Assembly (NCBI GenBank): GCA_034434015.1
Contig: DAOUAB010000229.1
Coordinates: forward strand, 1 to 64,000
From: Anaerolineales bacterium
GTDB taxonomy: Bacteria; Chloroflexota; Anaerolineae; Anaerolineales; UBA6663
Reading direction: 5' to 3'
Length of the DNA stretch: 64,000 nt
This document shows, one piece after another, positions 9,466 to 18,369 of the stretch (positions within the stretch are counted from its first letter, which is position 1; each line of letters starts with the position of its first letter). Made by a program: the position numbers and the translations under genes. The notes under the pieces are model-generated. The model made no database searches. It worked only from the letters and a program-made list of their open reading frames with translations, and was not told where the DNA came from.

Positions 9466-9912
9466 ATGAAACGACTCGCACTGTTCACCCTTCTCGTCGC
9501 GCTGTCCGCGATGTGGATCAGCGCCTGCGGCGCCGGCTCGTCCGGCCATGACCTGGAAATGGCACCAGCATCGGCCTTGCCGCAGAAGATGCAGGATGCT
9601 CCCACTCAGGTTCGCGAGGCCTATCAATTTGCGCTCGCCAACCAGGCGGTGCTGAAAAAGATCCCCTGCTATTGCGGTTGTGGTGTGGATGGGCACACCA
9701 GCGTCAAGGACTGTTTCGTTCAAGACGTTCGCGCCGACGGCACGGTGATCTGGGACGAAATGGGGCTGGGTTGAAGCATCTGCGTGGACATCGTGCGTGA
9801 CACGATGCGACTGATGCGGGAAGGCAAGTCGCTGGCCGAGATCCGCGCCTACGTTGACGGCTATTACAGCCAGTTCGGCCCGGCCACCGACACCGAACCG
9901 GTGACCCCATAG
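9466..9912 (+). CDS. PCYCGC-motif lipoprotein; in-frame TGA at 9772-9774 (candidate selenocysteine, U-x-x-C); ORF track stops at 9774
   Basis: RBS aggagag; lipoprotein signal MKRLALFTLLVALSAMWISAC; exact PCYCGCG motif. The frame continues after TGA for 45 more codons (SICVDIVRDTMRLM...), giving about 148 aa, the length of the PCYCGC domain. Hairpin catcgtg-CGTGA-cacgatg begins 14 nt after the TGA. Confidence 0.5.
9789..9807 (+). promoter_or_regulatory. Candidate bacterial SECIS-like hairpin (7-bp stem, apical loop CGUGA) 14 nt downstream of the in-frame UGA; outer gcatc/gatgc stem extends it
   Basis: Perfect inverted repeat read directly; GU in the apical loop. Confidence 0.4.
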
Positions 9913-9947
9913 AGAAGACTGACCCTCTAGCATAAAAAGGACGGCAA

Positions 9948-10430
9948 ATGTCTCGCTCAACTCGACCCCAAACCAGACCTGTCGGGCCGCTCGTCCTGAT
10001 CGGCGTTGGCCTGACGCTTCTGATCGGTGCAATCCTGATAAGCCTAGGGCTCTCCCCAACCCCGACGGTACCCACGGCTCCCCTTCAAGATTCTGCCGAG
10101 GACACGTTTCCAGAAATTCCCCGCGTCAGCCTCGCCGACGCCCGGACCGCCTTTGATGCCCAGTCCGCCGTGTTCGTGGACGTACGCGAGCCCGACCCTT
10201 ATACCGCCGGCCACATCCCGGGCGCGCGGTCTCTCCCGTTAGCGGAACTCGAGAGCCGCCTCGGCGAACTCAGCCGTTCGGATTGGATCATCACCTACTG
10301 CACCTGACCGGCCGAGGAGTCCAGCGCCCGTGCGGCGCGCATTCTCCTTGACAACGGCTTTACTAAGGTCACACCGATCCTCGGCGGCTTCCGCGCCTGG
10401 ACGGAAGCGGGTTATCCAGTGGAGCCGTAA
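9948..10430 (+). CDS. Membrane-anchored rhodanese-domain sulfurtransferase; in-frame TGA at 10305-10307 aligns with the catalytic Cys position (candidate Sec-rhodanese); ORF track stops at 10307
   Basis: Rhodanese fold residues HIPGARSLP ... IITYCT-[TGA]-PAEESSARAARILLDNGFTKVTPILGGFRAWTEAGYPVEP continue in frame to TAA at 10428-10430. Spacing U-x6-ARAA matches catalytic C-x6 in GlpE-type rhodaneses. Hairpin gcgcc-CGTGC-ggcgc lies 16 nt after the TGA. Confidence 0.55.
10324..10338 (+). promoter_or_regulatory. Candidate SECIS-like hairpin (loop CGUGC) downstream of the rhodanese in-frame UGA; outer gaggag/ctcctt pairing possible
   Basis: Same loop core CGUG and similar spacing as the hairpin after the first in-frame UGA. 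Confidence 0.35.
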
Positions 10431-10503
10431 ATTATCGCCCGACCGGCGCCGCCTCTCTATCAGCACCGGCATCGTTCATTCACAGTCGCCGGAGACGAGA
10501 TTG

Positions 10504-11094
10504 ATGAAACTGTTTCTGCTACTTTATTTCAGCGCCTTCTTCCTCACCGCTTTCGTGTGGCGCTCTTTCCTGGTCTGGAAACGTACAGGCGTGAACCCAT
10601 ACCAACTTGGGAACACCGACAGCGCCCATGACTTCGTCGGCCGGCTTTTCAGGCTGACCATGATTGTGATTGCCGTCATCGTCATCACCTATGCAGCTTC
10701 GGATAGCGCCTATGAGTTGTTGACCCCAATCCCATGGCTGGGCCATCCGTTGCTGACGTGGGTTGGGACGGTACTGCTCGTGCTGGCGCTGGTCTGGATG
10801 CTGATCGCGCAGGCACAGATGGGGAATGCCTGGCGCATCGGTATTGACGCTGACACAAGGACAGAACTCGTGCAGACCGGCCTGTTCGCTGTCTCGCGCA
10901 ACCCGATTTTCCTCTCGATGCTGGTGATGCTGCTTGGCCTGCTTCTCGTCCTGCCTAGCGCCGCGAGCCTGGCGGTCAGCGTATTGGGCGCGGCGCTGAT
11001 TCACATTCAAATCCGGCTCGAAGAGGAGCACCTGGCCCGATTACATGGGGAAGCCTATCGCGCCTATTGCCGCCGCGTGCGGCGCTGGCTGTAG
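10504..11094 (+). CDS. ICMT/PEMT-family membrane methyltransferase (second copy)
   Basis: 196 aa; TGLFAVSRNPIFLSMLVMLLG ... EEEHLARLHGEAYRAYCRRVRRWL. The track ORF's N-terminal extension (10330-10503) overlaps the rhodanese frame and is likely spurious. Confidence 0.7.
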   Translation: MKLFLLLYFSAFFLTAFVWRSFLVWKRTGVNPYQLGNTDSAHDFVGRLFRLTMIVIAVIVITYAASDSAYELLTPIPWLGHPLLTWVGTVLLVLALVWMLIAQAQMGNAWRIGIDADTRTELVQTGLFAVSRNPIFLSMLVMLLGLLLVLPSAASLAVSVLGAALIHIQIRLEEEHLARLHGEAYRAYCRRVRRWL

Positions 11095-11107
11095 GCGCCT
11101 GGCAGAT

Positions 11108-11533
11108 ATGGACCGGTGGCACGGTGCGATCGAGAACGGGAGGAGCGCCCGCGTAACGAATGACGCGCCCGCCAACCGCTACCATTCTCGGTGCGGGTTT
11201 CGACGAATCGTCATCCTGCTGGCCTTTTTGGCCGGCCTTATCGCGGTTGCCCCGCCGGGCCTGTGCCCGTGCTGGCTCATCGCGGACGTGCGAACCTATC
11301 ATCCACACCCGGACGGCCAGCCCGACCGCCCCCACACGCACGATTACTTATTCGAGTTGTTCCATGCGCAACCGGTGGCAGCTTTGCCTGGGCCACCGAT
11401 AACGATTGGCGATCTAATGCTGGCGCTGATCGGCGCCGGTGTGTGGCGGCACCTCAGCCACCGGGCCTGGCCCGCGCAAGGCTGGGCGACGCCCCCGCCC
11501 ACTCCGCCCCCACGCCTCGCGGCCTCCTGCTGA
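11108..11533 (+). CDS. Hypothetical single-TM protein with CPC and His-rich segment (HPHPDGQPDRPHTHDY)
   Basis: ORF only; possible metal-binding motifs; weak start context. Confidence 0.3.
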   Translation: MDRWHGAIENGRSARVTNDAPANRYHSRCGFRRIVILLAFLAGLIAVAPPGLCPCWLIADVRTYHPHPDGQPDRPHTHDYLFELFHAQPVAALPGPPITIGDLMLALIGAGVWRHLSHRAWPAQGWATPPPTPPPRLAASC

Positions 11534-11584
11534 AGTTCATCGTCTACCCTTTCATGTTTTCGCTAACTGCCAGGAGGCTTGACT

Positions 11585-12178
11585 ATGTTCCGCAAACTCA
11601 TCCCAGCTCTAAGCGCACTGCTGCTGCTTGGCGTCTTGCTTATCCCGCATCCGGCTTCGGCCCACGAAGAAGTCACCGTCGGCGACTACACGCTCGAAAT
11701 CGGCTGGGTGAATGAGCCGGTGTTGCTGGGGGAAACCAATGGCGTCTTCCTGAGTGTCAGGAACACCGAAACTAAAGAACCCGTCGAGAGTCTCACGACC
11801 CTGCAAGTCGCCGTCGCCACGGGCGGCCAAACCCGCGACCTGGAACTGCACCCGCTCGGCGAGGATGCGCCCGGCCAGTATGCCGCCGACTTCATCCCCA
11901 CCGTGCGCGGCACGTACACGGTGAAGCTCACCGGCAAGATCGAAGAGCAGGACGTGGACCTGGAGCAAGAAATCGAAGAAGTCGGGCTGGCCGAAGACTA
12001 TCAATTCCCAATCGTCTTGCCTTCTCTGCCTGAGATGAACCAACAACTCACCGCCCTGCAAGCCGAGAACCAGGCGCTGCGGGCCTCCGCCACGCTCAAC
12101 CAATGGCTAGCCATTGGAGGCATCATCGTCGGGCTGGCCGGGCTGGCGGTGGGCGTCGTCAGCCTGCGCCGGAAATAA
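11585..12178 (+). CDS. YcnI-like (DUF1775) secreted copper-binding protein with C-terminal TM anchor
   Basis: RBS aggagg 7 nt upstream of ATG; signal peptide ending ASAHEE with His predicted as first mature residue; C-terminal TM; immediately upstream of a CopC-CopD gene, as in B. subtilis ycnI-ycnJ. Confidence 0.55.
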   Translation: MFRKLIPALSALLLLGVLLIPHPASAHEEVTVGDYTLEIGWVNEPVLLGETNGVFLSVRNTETKEPVESLTTLQVAVATGGQTRDLELHPLGEDAPGQYAADFIPTVRGTYTVKLTGKIEEQDVDLEQEIEEVGLAEDYQFPIVLPSLPEMNQQLTALQAENQALRASATLNQWLAIGGIIVGLAGLAVGVVSLRRK

Positions 12179-12182
12179 GGCG

Positions 12183-14936
12183 ATGAAGGCGCGCCGGCAT
12201 TTTCTCATCGTGTGGGTGGCGGTCAGCGCATTGGCACTGCTCTGGGCGAGGGCGATTCCAGCCTTCGCCCATGCCGTGCTCCTCTCCGCTGACCCGGCCC
12301 CCAACACCCTCCTCGACACCGCGCCGGCTCAAGTTCGGCTTCTTCTGACCGAGCCGGTGGCGCCCGCCTTTAGCCGGATCGCCGTCTTCGACCAATCCGG
12401 CCGGCAAGTGGACAACGGCGATTTGAAATCGGACAGCGACGATGGCACGGCGCCCGTCGTGACTCTGCCCCCGCTTTCCAGTGGGACGTATCTCGTCAGT
12501 TGGGAAGTGCTCTCCACCGTGGACGGCCACACGACCAGCGGCAGTTTTCCGTTCGGGGTGGGAGTTGCCCAACTGACCTCCGCGCCCGGCTCGGTTTCAT
12601 CCACCGCGCAGCGGCCGACCCCGTTCAGCACCGGCGCGCGCTGGTTCAACCTGACCGGACTCGCGTTACTACTGGGCCTCCTCACCTTCCGCCTGTTGGT
12701 CTGGAACCCGGCCTTCAAGGGCGTTGAGCTGAATGAAGCCGATGAGCGACTTGACTTGGCATTTGGACGCGCGAGCCTGAAAGTGGGCATCGCCGGGTTA
12801 GCGTTGGTGGGATTGGGCTTGATTTTTACCCTGATCGCGCAGGCCGCCAGGATAAACCTGTTGAGCTTCGACAACCTGAGAACTTGGCTGGGTACGCAAT
12901 TCGGCTCACTGTGGTTGGTTCGCTTTTTAGTGACGACGACGGTGGGCTTTGCCATGGCAGATCTATACGTCGGGTTGGGAGAAGGCCGTCGAGGCTTACG
13001 CGGCTGGGAATGGTGGGCCGGACTGGCGGCGTTGATTGGCCTCGCGCTGACAACCGCCTTGGTGAGTCACAGCGCCGCCCTTACTCAGGATACCCAACAG
13101 GCCATCGCGGTGGATGTCGTGCATGTCCTGGCTGCCGGGGTCTGGGTGGGGGGCCTGCTTCAACTGGCGCTTGGGCTGTGGATGGGACGGTCATTCCCGG
13201 CGAACTCGCGGGCGTGGCTCAACTTGAGCCTCTCGCTCAACTTCTCGGCGCTGGCGGCGGGCGCGGTGGGCGCGCTGCTGGTCAGCGGAAGCTACCTGGC
13301 CTGGAAACACGTCGGGAGTTGGACCGCGCTCTTCGGCACAGCGTATGGCCTGACCTTGCTCGCCAAGCTAGCGCTGGCTGTGCCCGCCTTCAGCATCGCG
13401 GCGGTCAATCTCTTGATCATCAAGCCCAGGCTGGACGCGGCCCTCGACCATCCCGAAGCAGCTTCGGCGCTCACGCTGCAACAGCGCTTTGGGCGGCTGG
13501 TGCGCGCGGAAGGTGTATTCGCCTTGCTGGTCCTCGCCGCGGCCGGCCTACTCACCGACCTGCAACGCGGGCAAGATGCGCCCCTGCTGTCCAGCCAGGC
13601 CGAGAAGGTCACGCTGGCGCAACCCGCCGAAGACTTGAACATCTCGCTCAGCCTCGAACCGGCGCTCGTCGGGCAGAACACGTTTGATGTGTACGTGACG
13701 GATGCCAGCGGCCAGCCGGTCGCGGACGCCAAAGAAGTATCGCTGCGTTTCACGTTCTTGGGCCAATCCATCGGCACGGCCGAAGCCAACGCGCCATCAT
13801 CCGGCGATGGACATTACCGCGTGGATGGCGGCTATCTGAGTCTGGCAGGGCCGTGGCAGGTGGAAGTCGCGGTGCGCCGTTCCGAGGCGTTCGACGTTTT
13901 CGCCGCATACCGCGTGGAAGCCGGTCTGAGCGGGGCGATTCAGCCGGTAGGTGGGCAGGCCGGTCTGATTGAGCAACTAACCAAGTTCCTGACCCGCAGC
14001 GGCGGCGCGGCGACGGGCGTCTTTCTCGTGTTGTTCGCCGTCACCTGGTCACTCCTCGCCGGCCGCGCCGCGAAGGAGGACTGGCAGTTGGTGCTGCTAT
14101 TCCTGCCGAGCCTGCTTGCTTTTTGGATTGGGGGAGTCCAGCTGTTCACCTTCGTCCGCGAGTTCACGCCCGCGAAGTTTGTGACCAATCCCATCTTGCC
14201 CGACTCGGCCTCCATCACGCGCGGGCAGGAACTCTACCAGGCCAACTGTGTGACGTGTCACGGCCCGGAAGGGCGCGGCGATGGCCCAGGGGCCATTGGC
14301 CTCACCCCGCCGCCCGCCGACTTCACCGCCGGGCATACGGAGAGCCACCCGGATGGCGACCTGTATTATTGGATCAAAGAAGGGATCAAGGACACCGCCA
14401 TGCCAGCGTTCGGAGACCAGTTCGACGATGAAGACATTTGGCACTTAGTCAACTACGTCCGCCGGTTGAGCGCACAGGAATACCAACCACCCGGGCCCGG
14501 CACATCATCGCCAGGGGTCAGTGATTCGCAGGCTGTGCTGTTCTTGCAGCAAGTCGAGGGAGTGATGAATCAGTTCGCCTCCATGGAGGCAGTGGAAGTA
14601 CTTCGCGATGACAGTGGCGTCGTGACCGCTACCATAATCGCATATCCCCATTTCAATTTCAGCCGTGAGGCCATTGACGTGCAGTTTGGGCCGACGAGCG
14701 AGTTGAGTGGTCAAAGCCAAGCCCGGCAGACCGTCACATTTGCCGTCGGGACTGGCGACTTGCGCTATGACTACGTCTTGGAGGTGGACCCCGCCACGCT
14801 GCGGATTGTCCGCTGGACAATGGATGGACCGAATCACCACATGATGACCGAATACACGACCTATCATCTGCCCGCAACCGTCACCCCGCCATCGGAACTG
14901 TTTGCGCCTACGGCCACGCCCATCGGTACTCCTTAG
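12183..14936 (+). CDS. CopC-CopD fusion (YcnJ-like) with C-terminal mono-haem cytochrome c domain
   Basis: N-terminal CopC fold (signal peptide, AHAVLLSADPAPNTLL...); about 8 TM CopD region; C-terminal CVTCHGPEGRGDG CxxCH with downstream Met ligand region. Confidence 0.85.
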   Translation: MKARRHFLIVWVAVSALALLWARAIPAFAHAVLLSADPAPNTLLDTAPAQVRLLLTEPVAPAFSRIAVFDQSGRQVDNGDLKSDSDDGTAPVVTLPPLSSGTYLVSWEVLSTVDGHTTSGSFPFGVGVAQLTSAPGSVSSTAQRPTPFSTGARWFNLTGLALLLGLLTFRLLVWNPAFKGVELNEADERLDLAFGRASLKVGIAGLALVGLGLIFTLIAQAARINLLSFDNLRTWLGTQFGSLWLVRFLVTTTVGFAMADLYVGLGEGRRGLRGWEWWAGLAALIGLALTTALVSHSAALTQDTQQAIAVDVVHVLAAGVWVGGLLQLALGLWMGRSFPANSRAWLNLSLSLNFSALAAGAVGALLVSGSYLAWKHVGSWTALFGTAYGLTLLAKLALAVPAFSIAAVNLLIIKPRLDAALDHPEAASALTLQQRFGRLVRAEGVFALLVLAAAGLLTDLQRGQDAPLLSSQAEKVTLAQPAEDLNISLSLEPALVGQNTFDVYVTDASGQPVADAKEVSLRFTFLGQSIGTAEANAPSSGDGHYRVDGGYLSLAGPWQVEVAVRRSEAFDVFAAYRVEAGLSGAIQPVGGQAGLIEQLTKFLTRSGGAATGVFLVLFAVTWSLLAGRAAKEDWQLVLLFLPSLLAFWIGGVQLFTFVREFTPAKFVTNPILPDSASITRGQELYQANCVTCHGPEGRGDGPGAIGLTPPPADFTAGHTESHPDGDLYYWIKEGIKDTAMPAFGDQFDDEDIWHLVNYVRRLSAQEYQPPGPGTSSPGVSDSQAVLFLQQVEGVMNQFASMEAVEVLRDDSGVVTATIIAYPHFNFSREAIDVQFGPTSELSGQSQARQTVTFAVGTGDLRYDYVLEVDPATLRIVRWTMDGPNHHMMTEYTTYHLPATVTPPSELFAPTATPIGTP

Positions 14937-15054
14937 AGGCGATCATAATCACGGTTGAGCGCGCAGGAGCACCAACGCGTCCTGAGAAGAGGAACACCTG
15001 ACTCGCCTGTTGGCGCAACGTGCGGCGGTGGCTCTAAAACAAGGAGAAGAGTTG

Positions 15055-15660
15055 ATGGAACAGACGACAAAGAAAAAGAAGCCTGCCGGGGCGCGCCGCA
15101 AGGTCCGCCGACGCCGGACGATCACGGGAACGACTGTCGTTAGCGTCATCCTGCTGGCCGTGGTCGGTATCGTGGCGCTCGCCGTCTACCAAACCTTAGC
15201 GGCCCGGGCGGAAGCCTCAAAGCCGATTGAGGGCGTCGAACAATTCCCCGCGCTCGAGCGCGGTCACGTGCAGGGAGCCGTCGCTTACGCACAGACGCCC
15301 CCGGTCGGTGGTCCGCACGAGCCGGCGTGGCAGAACTGTGGCGCATACACTCAGCCCCTCCAGAACGAGAACGCCGTTCACTCGCTCGAACACGGCGCGG
15401 TATGGATCACCTACCGGCCTGATCTCCCCGCCGCTGAAATCCAGCAACTTCAGGATCTGGCTCGGCAGAGCGGCTATCGCCTGCTCAGCCCGTACCCAGA
15501 CTTGCCCAGTCCAATTGTGATCTCCGCGTGGGGCTATCAACTCAAATTGGAACGGGCCGACGATCCCCGGCTGATGCGCTTCATCCAGAAGTATGAACTG
15601 AGCCCGCTGGCGCCGGAGCCGGGCGCGCCCTGCACCGGTGGTGTTGGACAGCCGGGCTAG
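15055..15660 (+). CDS. DUF3105-family membrane-anchored protein
   Basis: RBS aaggagaag; N-terminal basic region plus TM; GGPHEPAWQNCGAYTQP ... AVHSLEHGAVWITY matches the DUF3105 pattern; commonly paired with DUF305. Confidence 0.65.
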   Translation: MEQTTKKKKPAGARRKVRRRRTITGTTVVSVILLAVVGIVALAVYQTLAARAEASKPIEGVEQFPALERGHVQGAVAYAQTPPVGGPHEPAWQNCGAYTQPLQNENAVHSLEHGAVWITYRPDLPAAEIQQLQDLARQSGYRLLSPYPDLPSPIVISAWGYQLKLERADDPRLMRFIQKYELSPLAPEPGAPCTGGVGQPG

Positions 15661-15665
15661 GAGAC

Positions 15666-16352
15666 ATGAGGATGACGACTGAACAAATGCCCGCCGAGTC
15701 GCCCTCGCCCCGCGCCGTGCTCGCATTTGACGCGAGCGTGCTCGCGTCATTTGGCGCGTTGCTGGTGATTGTGGCGGTGCTCGCCTTCTGGCTGGGCGCG
15801 CGGCAAAACCTCGCGCCCAGCGCGAGCTCCCCGGACGTGGGCTTCGCCCGCGATATGATGAGGCACCACGCGCAGGCGGTGGATATGGCGACGCTATTGC
15901 GCGACCGCACCGACGACCCTGAGATGCGCCAGCTCGCGCTCGACATCATGCTGACGCAGCAGGCGCAGATCGGCCAGATGCAGGGCTGGCTGACGGTGTG
16001 GAATTTACCCATCGCCAGTACCGACCCGGCCATGGCGTGGATGGGCATGCCGGCTGGCTACTCAATGCCCGGCATGGCGACGCGCGAACAGATCAACCAG
16101 CTGGCGGGCCTGAAAGGCGTGGCGGCGGACGGACTGTTCCTGCAGTTGATGATCCCGCATCATCGCGGCGGCGTGATCATGGGACAGGGCGCGCTGGAAC
16201 GCGCGCAACAGCCCCAGGTCCGCCGGCTGGCTCAGTCCATCGTGGACGCGCAGACGAGCGAGATCGCCTATATGCAAGACCTGTTACGGCGCAAAGGTTT
16301 CCCGCCCGTGCCCGATGAGCCGGTGATGAACCATCAAAACATGTCGCCATGA
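15666..16352 (+). CDS. DUF305-family protein (two MxxHH motifs), copper-resistance associated
   Basis: DMMRHHAQAVDMA and LMIPHHRGGVIM repeats; TM anchor. Confidence 0.8.
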   Translation: MRMTTEQMPAESPSPRAVLAFDASVLASFGALLVIVAVLAFWLGARQNLAPSASSPDVGFARDMMRHHAQAVDMATLLRDRTDDPEMRQLALDIMLTQQAQIGQMQGWLTVWNLPIASTDPAMAWMGMPAGYSMPGMATREQINQLAGLKGVAADGLFLQLMIPHHRGGVIMGQGALERAQQPQVRRLAQSIVDAQTSEIAYMQDLLRRKGFPPVPDEPVMNHQNMSP

Positions 16353-16374
16353 GGCCGCAAGGTGGAAGAACCCG

Positions 16375-16809
16375 ATGAAAGTCAAAACCATCATCTTCGT
16401 CCGCACGCTCTTAGGTATCCTGCTCGGATTGTCCGCATGTTCTTCCCCGGCGCTTAGCGTCAGCGACGGGTGGTCGCGCCCGGCTGCAGCGGGCAACAAC
16501 GGCGCCGCCTACTTCATCATTCGCAACGGCACAGTCCACGCCGATACACTCCTCGGCGTAACAACCGATAGCGCCGGGCAGGCCGAGATGCACATGACCA
16601 TGGTGGACGCCAATAACGTCATGTCCATGCACCCACAGGCGACCGTTGACATCCCCGCGGGCGGCACGGTGGAGTTCAAGCCCGGCGGTCTGCACGTCAT
16701 GCTCATCGAGCTGAAGCAAGATCTCAAGGCCGGCGATGTTTATTCGCTGACTCTGCGGTTCCGCAACGCCGGTGACGTCCCCGTTACTATCACGGTCCAG
16801 GACCAATGA
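16375..16809 (+). CDS. Copper chaperone PCu(A)C (DUF461) lipoprotein
   Basis: Lipobox LSAC; conserved HxnM..M pattern (AEMHMTMVDANNVMSMH) and GGLHVMLIEL typical of PCuAC. Confidence 0.8.
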   Translation: MKVKTIIFVRTLLGILLGLSACSSPALSVSDGWSRPAAAGNNGAAYFIIRNGTVHADTLLGVTTDSAGQAEMHMTMVDANNVMSMHPQATVDIPAGGTVEFKPGGLHVMLIELKQDLKAGDVYSLTLRFRNAGDVPVTITVQDQ

Positions 16810-16842
16810 TTCCACATCTCTTCACGACGATCTGGAGGCCAA

Positions 16843-17262
16843 GTGTCTGCACAACTATCAGCCCTCGACAAACGCTGGCAATACGCCGCCGCAGCGCTCT
16901 CGGCATTAGCCGGCTTCATCCACATTCTGGTTGCGCCCGATCACTTTGAGGAGTGGATTGGCTATGGGGTTTTCTTTGTGATTGCCTCGGCCTGCCAGTG
17001 GCTGTTCGCCCTGATTGTGCTGGCCTACACGCCCCCACAGCGCGAACTGCTATGGACAGGCATCCTCGGCAATGCCGCCATCATCGCGCTCTGGGCTGTC
17101 ACCCGGACTCTCGGCCTCCCGTTCTTCGGGCCTGAGGCGGGCGAGGTGGAACCGGTGGGCCTGGTGGATTCCATCTCAAAGCTCGTTGAATTAGCGCTGA
17201 TTGCGTGTCTGGCGATCATGCTGCGCAGCCAGAGTTCGGCGGGCGAGCATGAAGACCGCTAG
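16843..17262 (+). CDS. Hypothetical integral membrane protein
   Basis: 4 predicted TM helices; no recognisable motif. Confidence 0.5.
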   Translation: MSAQLSALDKRWQYAAAALSALAGFIHILVAPDHFEEWIGYGVFFVIASACQWLFALIVLAYTPPQRELLWTGILGNAAIIALWAVTRTLGLPFFGPEAGEVEPVGLVDSISKLVELALIACLAIMLRSQSSAGEHEDR

Positions 17263-17318
17263 ACTGTCCGGCCGCACTGTGCAGATAGACGAACGCAGTC
17301 AATGCAGCAGAGACATAG

Positions 17319-17696
17319 ATGGTCAAAGGAGTCTTCTCAGGCAAAGATGACAGAGTCATACGAGCCGCGAGCATGTACTGGTTGACGTTACTGGCGGGGC
17401 TTGGGCTTTTCCTTTCCCCCTTCGTTTTGGGGATCGCGAGTCACATGGCGGATGTCCGCTTGGGCATTCTTTTCGGCCTGGTCATTGTCTCGGCTTCTCT
17501 ATGGGAGTTTGGCGAGCCTGGGAGGACTCGCTGGCCGGCGGTGATTATCTGCCTGGGCGGATTGGCGGTAGTGGTCGCCTCTTTCATTTTGGGTGCATTG
17601 GGACATACGCACATGCTCGGGGCCGGCATGGCCCTGGGTACGACGGCGGCTGTGCTAGGCATGCGAGGCTTCGTGCGCCATCGGGCATCGGGATGA
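17319..17696 (+). CDS. Hypothetical integral membrane protein
   Basis: Multiple TM helices; ends adjacent to the response-regulator start. Confidence 0.45.
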   Translation: MVKGVFSGKDDRVIRAASMYWLTLLAGLGLFLSPFVLGIASHMADVRLGILFGLVIVSASLWEFGEPGRTRWPAVIICLGGLAVVVASFILGALGHTHMLGAGMALGTTAAVLGMRGFVRHRASG

Positions 17697-17697
17697 C

Positions 17698-18369
17698 ATG
17701 GAGGCCAATCTTCTCATTATTGAGGATGAGTTGGAGTTTGCCGACTACCTGCGGCGTGGGCTGACGTACGCGGGTTACCGCCTACGGGTCGCCACCAGCG
17801 CCGAGGCCGGGCTGGATCAACTGCGCCGCAGTCACCCCGATCTCATCCTCCTCGACGTGATGCTGCCGGGCATGGACGGCATGATGGCCTGCCGCCAGCT
17901 GCGCGAGTCCGGCTTCACCGGCCCGGTGCTCATGCTCACCGCGCGCGACGCTGTGCCCGACCGGGTGATGGGGCTGGACTCCGGGGCGGACGATTATCTG
18001 GTCAAGCCGTTTGCGTTTGACGAACTGCTGGCGCGTCTGCGCGCGTTGCTGCGCCGCACGGGTGGGATGAGCAATCTCATCACCTTTGCCGATCTGGAGT
18101 TGGACGGCAACCTCCGCGTGGCGCGCCGCAGGGGCAAGGTGATCCGTCTGACCCGCACCGAATACGACCTGCTGGCCCTCTTCCTGGAACATCCCCGGAA
18201 CGCGCTCTCACGCGAGACGCTCATCGCCTGCATCTGGGGCATGGATCACGAGCACGACCCCAATGTGCTGGACGTATACATCTCTCGACTGCGCCGCAAA
18301 CTCGGCGACCCGCCGTTGATTCACACCCTGCACGGCGTCGGCTATGTGCTTCAGGATGACGCGGCATGA
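17698..18369 (+). CDS. OmpR-family two-component response regulator
   Basis: Receiver domain (LLDVMLPGMDG, phospho-Asp context) plus winged-helix trans_reg_C (LTRTEYDLLALFLEHP). Confidence 0.9.
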   Translation: MEANLLIIEDELEFADYLRRGLTYAGYRLRVATSAEAGLDQLRRSHPDLILLDVMLPGMDGMMACRQLRESGFTGPVLMLTARDAVPDRVMGLDSGADDYLVKPFAFDELLARLRALLRRTGGMSNLITFADLELDGNLRVARRRGKVIRLTRTEYDLLALFLEHPRNALSRETLIACIWGMDHEHDPNVLDVYISRLRRKLGDPPLIHTLHGVGYVLQDDAA

